39,691 nt of DNA from Callorhinchus milii (Eukaryota), in assembly GCF_018977255.1 (NCBI RefSeq), contig NW_024705496.1, positions 1 to 39,691 on the forward strand. The letters run 5' to 3'. Positions 23,130 through 33,905 of this stretch are shown in pieces (the stretch's first letter is position 1; each line of letters opens with the position of its first letter). The position numbers were made by a program, and so were the translations under genes. The notes beneath the pieces are model-generated. The model saw nothing but the letters and a program-made list of their open reading frames with translations. It was not told where the DNA came from and ran no database searches.

Positions 23130-23199
23130 CAGGAACGCCGACCACCGCAAGAACGGGATAGCAAACTGCTTCCACCTCATAAATGGTTAAATATTCCAT
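23130..23199 (-). CDS. GPCR gene 2, coding exon 1 (MEYLTIYEVEAVCYPVLAVVGVP)
   Basis: ATG at 23199-23197, 70 bp ending CCT G|gtagga (phase 1); joins exon 2 in frame to give 326 aa. Confidence 0.88.
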
Positions 23200-23469
23200 A
23201 TTTTATTTTTGACACGCTGTTGTGGGTCACCTCTACAGGCACTGGATTCAAGCAGCAGATTGAGTCGACAGCCTTCCGTAAAATCTTTATGAGAACAGTT
23301 ACAAATCTCAAGGGAATATTTGACTCTTATCCCCAGTGGTTTTATTCAGCATCACTGAACAAACATGTTAATCATTCTGATAATATCTCTGACACGGAAA
23401 AACTAACAACAGAAAATGCATTTACAAACCAGTCACTCAGATATTTGTGTTGTGTTATGTTATGACGAG

Positions 23470-23552
23470 ACCTGACTGTGCAGCGCTTTTCGACGTCTTC
23501 CCGAAGGAAATGCGTTCTATAAATGTAATTTTTTTGATTGTTGTTGTTATTA
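23470..23552 (+). mobile_element. L2 3' tail remnant
   Basis: ACTGTGCAGCGCTTTTCGACGTC...CGTTCTATAAATG...TTGTTGTTG. Confidence 0.6.
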
Positions 23553-23679
23553 CGATAATTTTCCAAATAGCTACAGTATATTCCTACACAATTTTACAAT
23601 ATATTTTGTGACGCACTTGGCGATGCCTCGAAGGCATGATAATGCTCTTTATCAAATGCAAGGAATATTACTATTACAG

Positions 23680-24050
23680 CTTGAACAGGCCTGTTATACA
23701 TAGGTCATACTTGTTATTCAGAGACCAGGACTGCCATACAGAGACCAGGCTCACTTTTTGGACAACAGGTATATTTCACAGAGATCAGATATATTACACA
23801 GAGAACAAACCTGTCGTATATAGACCATGCCTGTTATACAGGCACGTGGAACCCAATACAGAAACGGTGCCTGCTATATAAAAGAACAGGATCCTATTAG
23901 AGAGCCAAGGCTTTTTGTACATAGTCCTAGCCTGGTATACAGAGACAGGGCTTATATAAAAATATATATTTCATACAGAAATGAGGCCTGTTATACAGAA
24001 AATAGAAAATAGGACTGTTATACAGAGAACAGAACTGTTATACAGATATC
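23680..24050. repeat. Degenerate tandem repeat built on CTGTTATACAGAGA (about 20-bp units); duplicated at 36178-36530
   Basis: Recurrent TATACAGAG/CTGTTATA motifs. Confidence 0.65.
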
Positions 24051-24059
24051 AATCTGACG

Positions 24060-24366
24060 TGGAGTCCTGTAGCTCAGTGTTTAGAGCACTCGTTTGCAAC
24101 CGAGAGACCTGAGTTCAATTCCAGGCAGAGGGCGAAACCTTGGGCAAGTTTCCTTACTCCACACAGAGCCTTATAATAATCCCTCCCAAACCCCAAAAAA
24201 TAAATAAATTGGTCATTTTCAATCTACGACTGTTTGTGGGACATTGCTGTGCGCAATTGGCTGCCGCGTTCGCCCACAAATATACAGTCAATTCACTTTA
24301 CAGTGTGTTCTGTGAAGGGCTTTGGGACGTCCTCCGGACGTGAAAAGGCCCATATCAAATGCAAGG

Positions 24367-24430
<64 letters not shown>
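24060..24430 (+). mobile_element. Full-length tRNA-derived SINE with long (TTA)n tail
   Basis: TGGAGTCCTGTAGCTCAGTG...GAGTTCAATTCC...core...CAAATGCAAGGA(TTA)n. Confidence 0.95.
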
Positions 24431-24431
<1 letters not shown>

Positions 24432-24673
24432 CTGTTGTTCAGAATGGGATGTATAAACCAAGGAACGGGACGAGGTTGACAAGCTTCTGAGAACGATTGG
24501 AAGTGATACGTGGAACATGCGTTATTGAAACATTTTTCATGTGCTGTTCAGCCAGTGATGTCTGGTCAAAATAGTATCGCACGAGCGACACCCAGAAGTC
24601 AGAAACTGCAGTACATTCTTTACGCTGGACTTAAATTATAATATTTATAATAATGTTCACGATTACATTTGAT

Positions 24674-26797
24674 ACAACAACAACAACCGTTTATAGAGCG
24701 CCTTTCAGGTCGGAGGACGTCCCGAGGCGCTGGACAGTTAGGTCGGGACCCGAGCAGTGGGGAAATGGTCAGGGAGAGGGTAGGGAAGGGAGGCAGCGAG
24801 GAGAGGGAAATGTTCAGGGTGAGGGGAGGGAAGGGAAGGAGCGAGGAGGGGGAAATGGTCACGGTGAGTGGAGAGAAGGGAGGGGGAAATGGTCAGGGTG
24901 TGGGGAGAGAAGGGAGGGAGCGAGGAGGGGGGAGATGGTCAGGGTGAGGGGGGGAAGTGAGGGAGCGAGGAGGGGGGAAATGGTCAATGGGAGGGGATGC
25001 GAGGGAGGGAGCGAGGAGTGAGGAATGATCAGGGTGAGGGGGGGGAAGTGAGTGAGCGAGCAAGGGGGAAATGGTCAGCGGGAGGGGATGGGAGGCAGGG
25101 AGCGAGGAGTGGGGAATGGTCAAGGGAAGGGAGGGATCGAGGAGGGTGGAAATGTTCAGCGTGAGGGGAGGGAAGGGAGGGAGCTAGGAGGGGGAAAGGG
25201 TCAGGGTGAGGGGAGGGAAGTGAGGGAGCGAGGTGTGGGGAGATGGTCAGGGTGAGGGGAGGTATGTGTGTGAGCGAGTAGAGGGGAAATGGTCAGCGTG
25301 ATCTGAGGGGAGGGAAGGAGCGAGGAGGGGGGAAATGTTCAGCGTGAGGGGATGGAAGGGAAGGAGCGAGGTGGGGGGAAATGTTCAGCGTGAGGGGATG
25401 GAAGGGAGGGAGCGAGGTGGGGGGAGATGGTCAGGTTGAGTGGAGATATGTGAGTGAGCGAGGAGGGGGAAATGGTCAGCGCGATCTGAGGGGAGGGAAG
25501 GAGCGAGAAGGGGGGAAATGTTTAGGGTGAGGGGAGGGAAGGGAGGGAGCGAGGAGGGGTGGAATGGTCAGGGTGAGGGGAGAGAAGAGACGGAGCGTGG
25601 ATTGGGAGAAATGGTCAGTGTGAGGGGAGGGAAGGGAGGGAGGAAATGATCACGGTGATGCGAGAGAAGGGAGGGGGAATTGATCAGTGTGAGAGGAGGG
25701 AAGGGAGGGAGAGAGGAGGGGCGAGATGGTCAGGGTGAGGGGAAGTATGTGCGTGAGCGAGGAGGGGGGAAATGGTCAGCGTGATGTGAGGGGAGGGAAG
25801 GAGCGAGGAGGGGGGAAATTTTCAAGGTGAAGGGAGGGAAGGGAGGGAGCGAGGAAGGGGGGAATGGTCAGGGTGATGGGGGGGAAGGGAGGGAGGAAAT
25901 GGTCAGGGTGATGGGAGATAAGAGAGGGGGAATTGATAAGGGTGAGGGAGTGGATGAGCGGGAGCGCGGAGGGGGGAAATGTTCAGCGTGAGGGGAGGGA
26001 AGGGAGGGAGCTAGGAGGGGGAAAGGGTCAGGGTGAAGGGAGGGAAGTGAGGGAGCGAGGTGTGGGGAGATGCTCAGGGTGAGGGGAGTTATGTGAGTGA
26101 GCGAGGAGGGGGGAAATGGTCAGCGTGATCTGATGGGAGGGAAGGAGCGAGGAGGGGGGAAATGTTCAGGGTGAGAGGAGGGAAGAGACGGAGCGAGGAT
26201 TGGGGGAAATGGTCATGTTGAAGGGAGGGCAATGAGGGAGTGAGGACGGAGGGAATGGACAGGGTGAGGGGAGGGAAGGGAGCTAGCGAGGAGAGGGGAA
26301 GTGGTCAGAGTGAGGGGAGGGAAGGGAGTGGGAAATGATCAGGGTGAGGGTAGGGAAGGGAGTGAGCAAGAAGGGGCAAAGAGTTAGGGTGACGGGAGGA
26401 AAGGAAGGGAGCGAGTAGTGGGGAGATGATCAGCGGGAGGGGATGGGATGGAGGGAGCGAGAAGGGGGGAAATGTTCAGGGTGAGGGAGTGGATGGGCGG
26501 GAGCGCGGAGGGGGGAAATGTTCAGCTTGAGGGGAGGGGAGGGAGGGAGCGAGGAGAGGGAAATGGTTCGGGTGACGGGAGGGAACGGAGGGAGAGAGGA
26601 GTTGGGAAATGTTCAGGGTGAGGGGATGGAAGGGAGGGAGCGAGGAGGGGGAAAGGGTCAGGGTGAGGGGAGCGAAATGAGGGAGCGAGGTGGGGGGAGA
26701 TGGTCAGGTTGAGTGGAGATATGTGAGTGAGCGAGTAGGGGGAAATGGTCAGCGTTATCTGAGGGGAGGGAAGGAGCGAGAAGGGGGGAAATGTTTA
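24674..26797 (-). repeat. L2 3' terminus followed by ~2 kb expansion of the 46-bp L2 3'-UTR minisatellite (G-rich on +)
   Basis: (CAA)n-CGTTTATAGAGCGCCTTTCAGGTCGGAGGACGTCCC is the antisense L2 end; then AAATGGTCAGGGTGAGGGGAGGGAAGGGAGGGAGCGAGGAGGGGGG variants. Confidence 0.92.
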
Positions 26798-27130
26798 TGG
26801 AGTCCTGTAGCTCAGTGGTTAGAGCACTTGCTTTGCAAGCAAGACACCTGGGTTCAATTCCAGGCAGGGCGAAACCTTGGGCAAGTTTCCTTACTCCACA
26901 CGCCTAATAATAATCCCTCCAAAAATCCCAAAAACAATAATAAATTGGTCATTTTCAATCTACGACTGTTTGTGGGACATTGCTGTGCGCAATTGGCTGC
27001 CGCGTTCGCCCACAAATATACAGTCAATTCACTTTACAGTATATTCTGTGAAGCGCTTTGGGACGTCCTCCCGACGTGAAAAGCGCTATATCAAATGCAA
27101 GGATTATTATTATTATATTATTATTATTAT
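26798..27130 (+). mobile_element. Full-length young SINE inserted in the minisatellite; tRNA-Ala(TGC)-like head
   Basis: A box TAGCTCAGTGG, arm CTTGC-TTTGCAA-GCAAG, B box GGTTCAATTCC; the minisatellite resumes at 27131. Confidence 0.95.
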
Positions 27131-27228
27131 GGTGAGGGGAGGGAAGGGAGGGAGCGAGGAGGGGTGGAATGGTCAGGGTGAGGGGAGAGAACAGACGGAG
27201 CGAGGATTGGGGGAAATGGTCAGTGTTC

Positions 27229-30200
27229 ACCAGACACCCTCACACAGACACTCACACACACCCTCACATACACCTCACACACCCTCACACACACCCTCAC
27301 ACAACCTCTCACACACACCCTCACACACATCCCCACACACACCACACACACCCTCACTCACCTTCACACACACCCTAACACACACCCTCACACACACACC
27401 CTCACACACACCCTCACACAAATCCTCACACGCCCTCACACACACCCTCACACACATCACCACAAACACCCTGACACACAGCCTCACACACACACACACC
27501 CTCGCACACACCCTCACACACACCCTCACATACACCCTCACACACACCCTCACACACCTTCACACACCTTCACACACACCCTCACACAGACACTCACACA
27601 CACCCTCACATACACCTCACACACACCCTCACAAACCCTAACACACACCTTCACACACACACACCCTCACACAAACTCACACACTTCCCCACACACACGC
27701 TCACATACCCTCACACACACACACCCTCACATACACCCTCACATAAACTCACACACACACCCTCACTCACACACCCTCACACACACCTCACACATCCTCA
27801 CACACACCCTCACACACACCCTCACACACCCTCACAAACATCCTCACACACACTCTCACACACACCCTCACACACCCTCACACACACCCTCACTCACACA
27901 CCCTCACACACACCGTCACACATCCTCACATATACCCTCACACACACACCCACACACCCTCCCAGACACACACACCCTTACACACACCATCACACACCCT
28001 CACACACACCCTAGCACACACCACACACACCCTCACACACACCCTCACACACCTTCACACACACCCACACATACCCTCACACACACCCTCACACACAAAC
28101 TCTCACACACACAGACACACTCACACACACACATACTCACACACACCCTCACACAAACATGCTCACACACAAACCCTCACACAAACCCTCACACAAACAT
28201 CCTCACACACAAACCCTCACACACAGCCTCACACAGACCCTCACACTCACCGTCACACACCCTCACGTACACCCTCATACACACACCCTCATACGCCCTC
28301 ACACACCCTCACACAAACACCCTCACACACCCTCACACACCAACGCACACACACACCACTTCTCACACACACACCCTCACACACCCTCTCACACACACCC
28401 TCACACACACACCTTCACACACCCTCTCACACACACACCCTCACACACACCCTCACACACCCACACACACCCTCACACACACCCTCACACACACCCTCAC
28501 ACAAACCCTCACACAAACATACTCACACACAAACCCTCACACACAGCCTCACCAGACCCTCACACTCACCGTCACACCCCTCACGTACACCTCATACACA
28601 CACCCTCACACGCCCTCACACACCCTCACACAAACACCCTCACACACCCTCACACACACACACGCACACACACTCCACCTCTCACACACACCCCCTCACA
28701 CACCCTATCACACACACCCTCACACACACATACGCTCACACACCCTCTCACACACACACCCACACACACACCCTCACACACAAACTCTCACTCACACAGA
28801 CATCCTCACACACACACACCCTCACACATACCCTCACACACGCACACCCTCACACACCCTCACACACACACACCCTCACACACACCCTGACACACGCACC
28901 TTCACACACACCCACACACACACATCCTCACACACAAACCCTCACACGCACCCTCACACACACCCTCACACACACCCTCACAAACACACCCTCACACACG
29001 CACACCCTCACACACACCCTCAAACACACACCCTCACACACAACACATCCTCACACACACGCCCCCACACACAACCCCTCACACATACACACACACACCC
29101 TCACACACCCTCACACACCCTCTCACACACACCCTCACACACATCCGCACACACACCACACACACCCTCACACACCTTCACACACACCCTAACACACACC
29201 CTCACACACACACACCCTCACACACACCCTCACACAAATCCTCACACGCCCTCACACACACCCTCACACACATCCCCACACACACCCTCACACACAGCCT
29301 CTCACATCTTCACACACCCTCACACACACACTCACACACACTCACACACACACTCACACACACCCTCGCACACACCCTCACACACACCCTCACATACACC
29401 CTCACACACACCCTCACACAGACACTCACACACACCCTCACATACACCTCACACACACCCTCACAAACCCTAACACACACCTTCACACACACACACCCTC
29501 ACACAAACTCACACACATCCCCACACACACGCTCACATACCCTCACACACACACACCCTCACATACATCCTCACATACACTCACACACACACCCTCACTC
29601 ACACACCCTCACACACACCCTCACACATCCTCACACACAACCTCACACACCCTCACACACAACCTCACACACCCTCACACACACCCTCACACACACCCTC
29701 ACACACCCTCACACACAACCTCACACACACCGTCACACATCCTCACACATACCGTCACACACACCCACACACATCCTCACACACACCCACACACACCCTC
29801 ACACACACCCACACACATACCCTCACACACACGCTCACACACACCCTGACACACACCCCCACACACATACATCCACACACACACGCTCACACACCCTCAC
29901 AGACACACACACCCTCACACACACCATCACACACCCTCACACACACCCTCGCACACACCACACACACCCTCTCACACACCCTCACACACACCTTCACACA
30001 CCTTCACACACAACCACACACACCCTCACACACACCCTCACACACAAACTCTCACACACACAGACACCCTCACACACACATCCTCACACACACCCTCACA
30101 CAAACATCCTCACACACAAACCCTCACACACACCCTCACACACACCCTCAAACACACGCCCTCACACAGCTCCTCACACACCCTCACACTCACACCCTCA

Positions 30201-31680
30201 CACACACCCTCACACACACCCCCTCACACACGCACACCCTCACACACACCCCCTCACACACAACACACCCTCGCACACACGGCACCTCACACACCCCCTC
30301 ACACACTCCCTCACACACCCTCTCACACACCCTCACACACCCTCTCACACACACAACCTCACACACACACCCTCACACACCCTCACACAAACCACACACA
30401 CACTCATACACCTTCACACACACCCACACACACCCTCACACACACATCCTCACACACAAACCCTCACACACCCTCACACACACCCTCACACACACGCCCT
30501 CACACACCTCCTCACACACCCTCACACACACACACTCACAACCACCCTCACACACACATCCTCACACACGCACACCCTCACACACACCCTCACACACACC
30601 CTCACACACAACACACCCTCCCACAAACGCCACTCACACACCCCCTCACACACCCCCTCACACACCCTCACACACACCCTCATACACCCTCTCACACACA
30701 AACCCTCACACACACACCCTCACACACACCCTCACACACACCACACACACCAACACACACCCTCACACATACCCTCACACACACCCACACACACACCCTC
30801 ACACACACACTCACACACACCCTCACACACACACAGCCTCACACACCCTCACACACCCACACACACCCTGACACACACCCTCACACACATCCTCACACAG
30901 CCCATCACATACACACACCCTCACACACTCACACCCTCACACACACCCTCACACATACCCACACACACCCTCAAACACACACACACCCTCACACAAACCC
31001 TCACACACGCTCACACACACAAACCCTCACACACACCCTGACACACCCTCACACACACTCACACACGCTCACACACACACACACACACACCCTCACACAC
31101 CGTCACACATACCTTCATACAACCCCACTCACACCCTCTCACACACACACGTACGTAAACCCTCATACAACAACTCACCCCCCCCCACCATGCATACACC
31201 CTCTCACACCCCCCCTCAAACAAATCATTACACTGACCCTCAAATACCCCTAACACACAACATCATACACAAACCGTCACACACACACTCAGACACACAC
31301 CGTCACACACCCAGTCACACACACACTCACACACACTCACACACCCCTTCACACACACACACCCTCACACACTCACACCCTCATACATACCCTCACACAC
31401 ACACTCACACCGCCCCCACCGTACGCAAACACACCCTCACACACACACACCGACCCCATCACACCCCACACACCCTCACACACACCATCATAAAACCCCT
31501 CACACACCCTCACGCACAAACCCTCTCATAGCCCCTCACACACCCCCTCAAACAGACCATCACGCAGACCCTCACATACCCCTCACACACACAACCTCAC
31601 ACACAGCCTCACAGACACCCTCAGATGCACACACTCACACACCCCTTCACACACCCCCTCAAACGGCCCCTCACACAGAC
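27229..31680. repeat. ~4.4 kb (CACACCCTCA/CA)-rich satellite-like array
   Basis: Directly visible; internal duplication ~27340-28170 vs ~29150-30130. Confidence 0.95.
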
Positions 31681-31785
31681 GGTGACCCTCGGGGCTGGAT
31701 GGTGTCTCCGGGTGTAGATGTGTTCACACACCGTCTGAGCTCCAGACGTCCCCTCACTCCACGTTGTGTTGTGTCTCTCTCTCAG

Positions 31786-32311
31786 CTCCGGTCTCTCTGA
31801 CTCTGGATCCCGACACAGCGAACCCGTGGCTCATCCTATCTGAGGACCTGACCAGCGTGAGGACCGGAGACACAAGGCAGCAGCTCCCGGACGGTCCCAA
31901 GAGGTTTGATACCTGTTCCTGTGTCCTGGGGTCTGAGGGCTTCACATCGGTGAGACATTACTGGGAGGTGCAGGTGGGCAACAAACACAGTGGGATGTGG
32001 GATTGGTCCGAGAGTCGGTCAACAGGAAAGGAAAGATCACACTGTCACCAGAGGGTGGATTCTGGGTTTTGTGGCTGAGAAACGGGGATGAATATATAGC
32101 TCTGACCTCTCCCCACACCCTCCTGTCCCTGAGGGACAGACCCGGGAAGGTGCGAGTGTTCCTGGACTATGAGGGGGGAGAGGTGATCTTTTACAACGCC
32201 GATAACATGTCTCATCTCCACACTTTCACCCACACTTTCACTGAGAAGCTTTATCCTCTCTTCTGTCCCTGTGACGGTGATCCTCTGAGGATCTGTCGGG
32301 TGACGGATTGA
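31786..32311 (+). pseudogene. B30.2 (PRY-SPRY) terminal exon of a TRIM/butyrophilin-like gene, with a 1-bp frameshift
   Basis: Acceptor gtctctctctc[32 protein letters not shown]...[32 protein letters not shown] / (shift) [30 protein letters not shown]...[47 protein letters not shown] and LDYE motifs present. May be a real exon with a sequencing error. Confidence 0.9.
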
Positions 32312-32392
32312 TGAGGAGGGAACCCTCAGCCGTGACCTGTGTTTGGCGGTGATGGCCACGAGGCTGAACCTTCATAGTCTGTGTCGCTGTAC

Positions 32393-32398
32393 AATAAA
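32393..32398 (+). promoter_or_regulatory. Polyadenylation signal AATAAA of the B30.2 exon
   Basis: 81 nt after the stop codon, followed by GT-rich GATTGTGGTTT. Confidence 0.6.
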
Positions 32399-32447
32399 GA
32401 TTGTGGTTTATATCACACAGTTCGCACTCGGCCCTCGAACCCAACCC

Positions 32448-33103
32448 TTCCCTCTCTCTCTCACTCTCTCTCTCTCATTCTCACACTCTCACTCTCTCTC
32501 TCTCACACTCCCCCTCTCTCTCTCTCTCTGTCTCATACTCTCCCTCTCTCTCTCTCTCTGTCTGTCTGTCTCTCACTCTCACACACTCTCTCTCTCACAT
32601 TCTCTCACTCTCACACTCTCTCTCTGTCTCTCTCTCTCTCTCACACACTCTTTTACACTCTCTCCCTCTGTCTGTCTCTCACTCTCACACTCTCACTCTC
32701 TCACACTCTCTCACTCTCACATAATCTCTCACACTCACACTCTCTCACGCTCTCTCTCTATCACACTCTCACTCTCTCACACACTCTCTCAGACTCACTC
32801 TCACACTCTCACTCTCACACTCACTCTCACACTTTCACACTCTCACACACACTCACTCTCGCACTCTATTACACTCTCTTCACACACAGACTTCTCTCTC
32901 ACACTCTCACTCTCACACTCTCTCACTCTCACTCTCACACACACTCTCACACTCACTCACACACACCCTCTCACGCTCACTCTCACACACACACTCTCAC
33001 ACTCTCTCTCACACTCACACACTCACACTCTCTCACACTCTCACTCTCTCACACTCACACACTCACTCTCACACTCACTCTCGCACTCTCTCACACGCTC
33101 TCC
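32448..33103. repeat. (CT)n/(CTCACA)n low-complexity array
   Basis: Directly visible. Confidence 0.9.
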
Positions 33104-33146
33104 ATTGCATAGAGACAGAGTGAATGTGAGACAGACAATAAAGGAG

Positions 33147-33416
33147 TGACACACAGTCACTACACTTTACACTGACACACACAGTCACTACACTTTACAC
33201 TGACACACGCAGTTACTACACTTTACACTGACACACGCAGTCACTACACTTTACACTGACACACACAGTCACTACACTTTACACTGACACACACAGTCAC
33301 TACACTTTACACTGAAACGCAGTCACTACACTTTACAATGAAACACAGTCACTACGCATAATACTGAAACGCAGTCACTACACTTTACACTGAAACATAC
33401 AATCACTACAGTTTAC
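33147..33416. repeat. 28-bp minisatellite (ACACACAGTCACTACACTTTACACTGAC)n, about 10 copies, later units 26 bp
   Basis: CAGTCAC at 33154 and 33182. Confidence 0.92.
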
Positions 33417-33522
33417 GCCAACAACAATAACACTACAATAATAATATCAGTAACGGGGGCGGCAATAACAACCGCCAATTTATTATTATTATTATCACTA
33501 TTACTATTATTATTACTGAGGA

Positions 33523-33905
33523 CATTTCAGAACTCTGCAGCTCGTGTACTGTCCCGCACAGGGCTTCGGGACCACATCACTCCCACCCTCGCTCGCCTCC
33601 ACTGGCTCCCCATCCCCCAGAGGATTGATTTCAAGATCCTCATCCTCACCTACAAGGCCATTCACGGCCTCGCTCCCTCCTATCTCTCCGACCTACTATC
33701 CCCCTACCTACCTGCCCGTACCCTCCGTTCCTCTGGCTCCGGTCTGCTCCACGTCCCCCCCCCAACCGCCCTACTATCGGTGGTCGGCTTTCAGCCTCTC
33801 AGCCCCGAGGCTCTGGAACTCTATCCCCCAGTGCCTTCGCCGCTTCCTCCCTTTCCTCCTTCAAGGCCGTTCTCAAAACCTTTCTCTTTGACCGAGTCTT
33901 CAGCT
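33523..33905 (+). mobile_element. L2 LINE ORF2 3' end, same young subfamily as 18878-20243
   Basis: Near-identical to 19645-20030 (TTCAGAACTCTGCAGCTCGTGTACTGTCCCGCAC...). Confidence 0.93.

Larger units (their letters stand above)
23691..27225 (+). repeat. Direct segmental duplication, copy A (copy B 36178-39691)
   Basis: Collinear near-identity, including the unique spacer 24430-24670 vs 36905-37142; offset about 12.47 kb. Confidence 0.95.

Noticed and set aside
6673..23199. Assigning the symbol GPR139 to either receptor
   Set aside because: Family-level resemblance only; multiple divergent paralogues make 1:1 orthology unlikely without a phylogeny.
22998..23465. 155-aa plus-strand ORF
   Set aside because: Non-ATG start, no recognisable domain, antisense to GPCR 2 exon 1.
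24620..26712. Gly/Glu/Arg-rich ORFs in the G-rich arrays
   Set aside because: Minisatellite translations with no coding signature.
26798..26875. tRNA-Ala gene
   Set aside because: No proper acceptor stem; it continues into the SINE core and tail and occurs in many dispersed copies.
27169..33149. His/Thr/Pro- and Ser/Leu-rich ORFs (e.g. 28159-28890, 32343-33149; likewise 17752-18306)
   Set aside because: Translations of CA/CT microsatellites that lack stop codons for compositional reasons.
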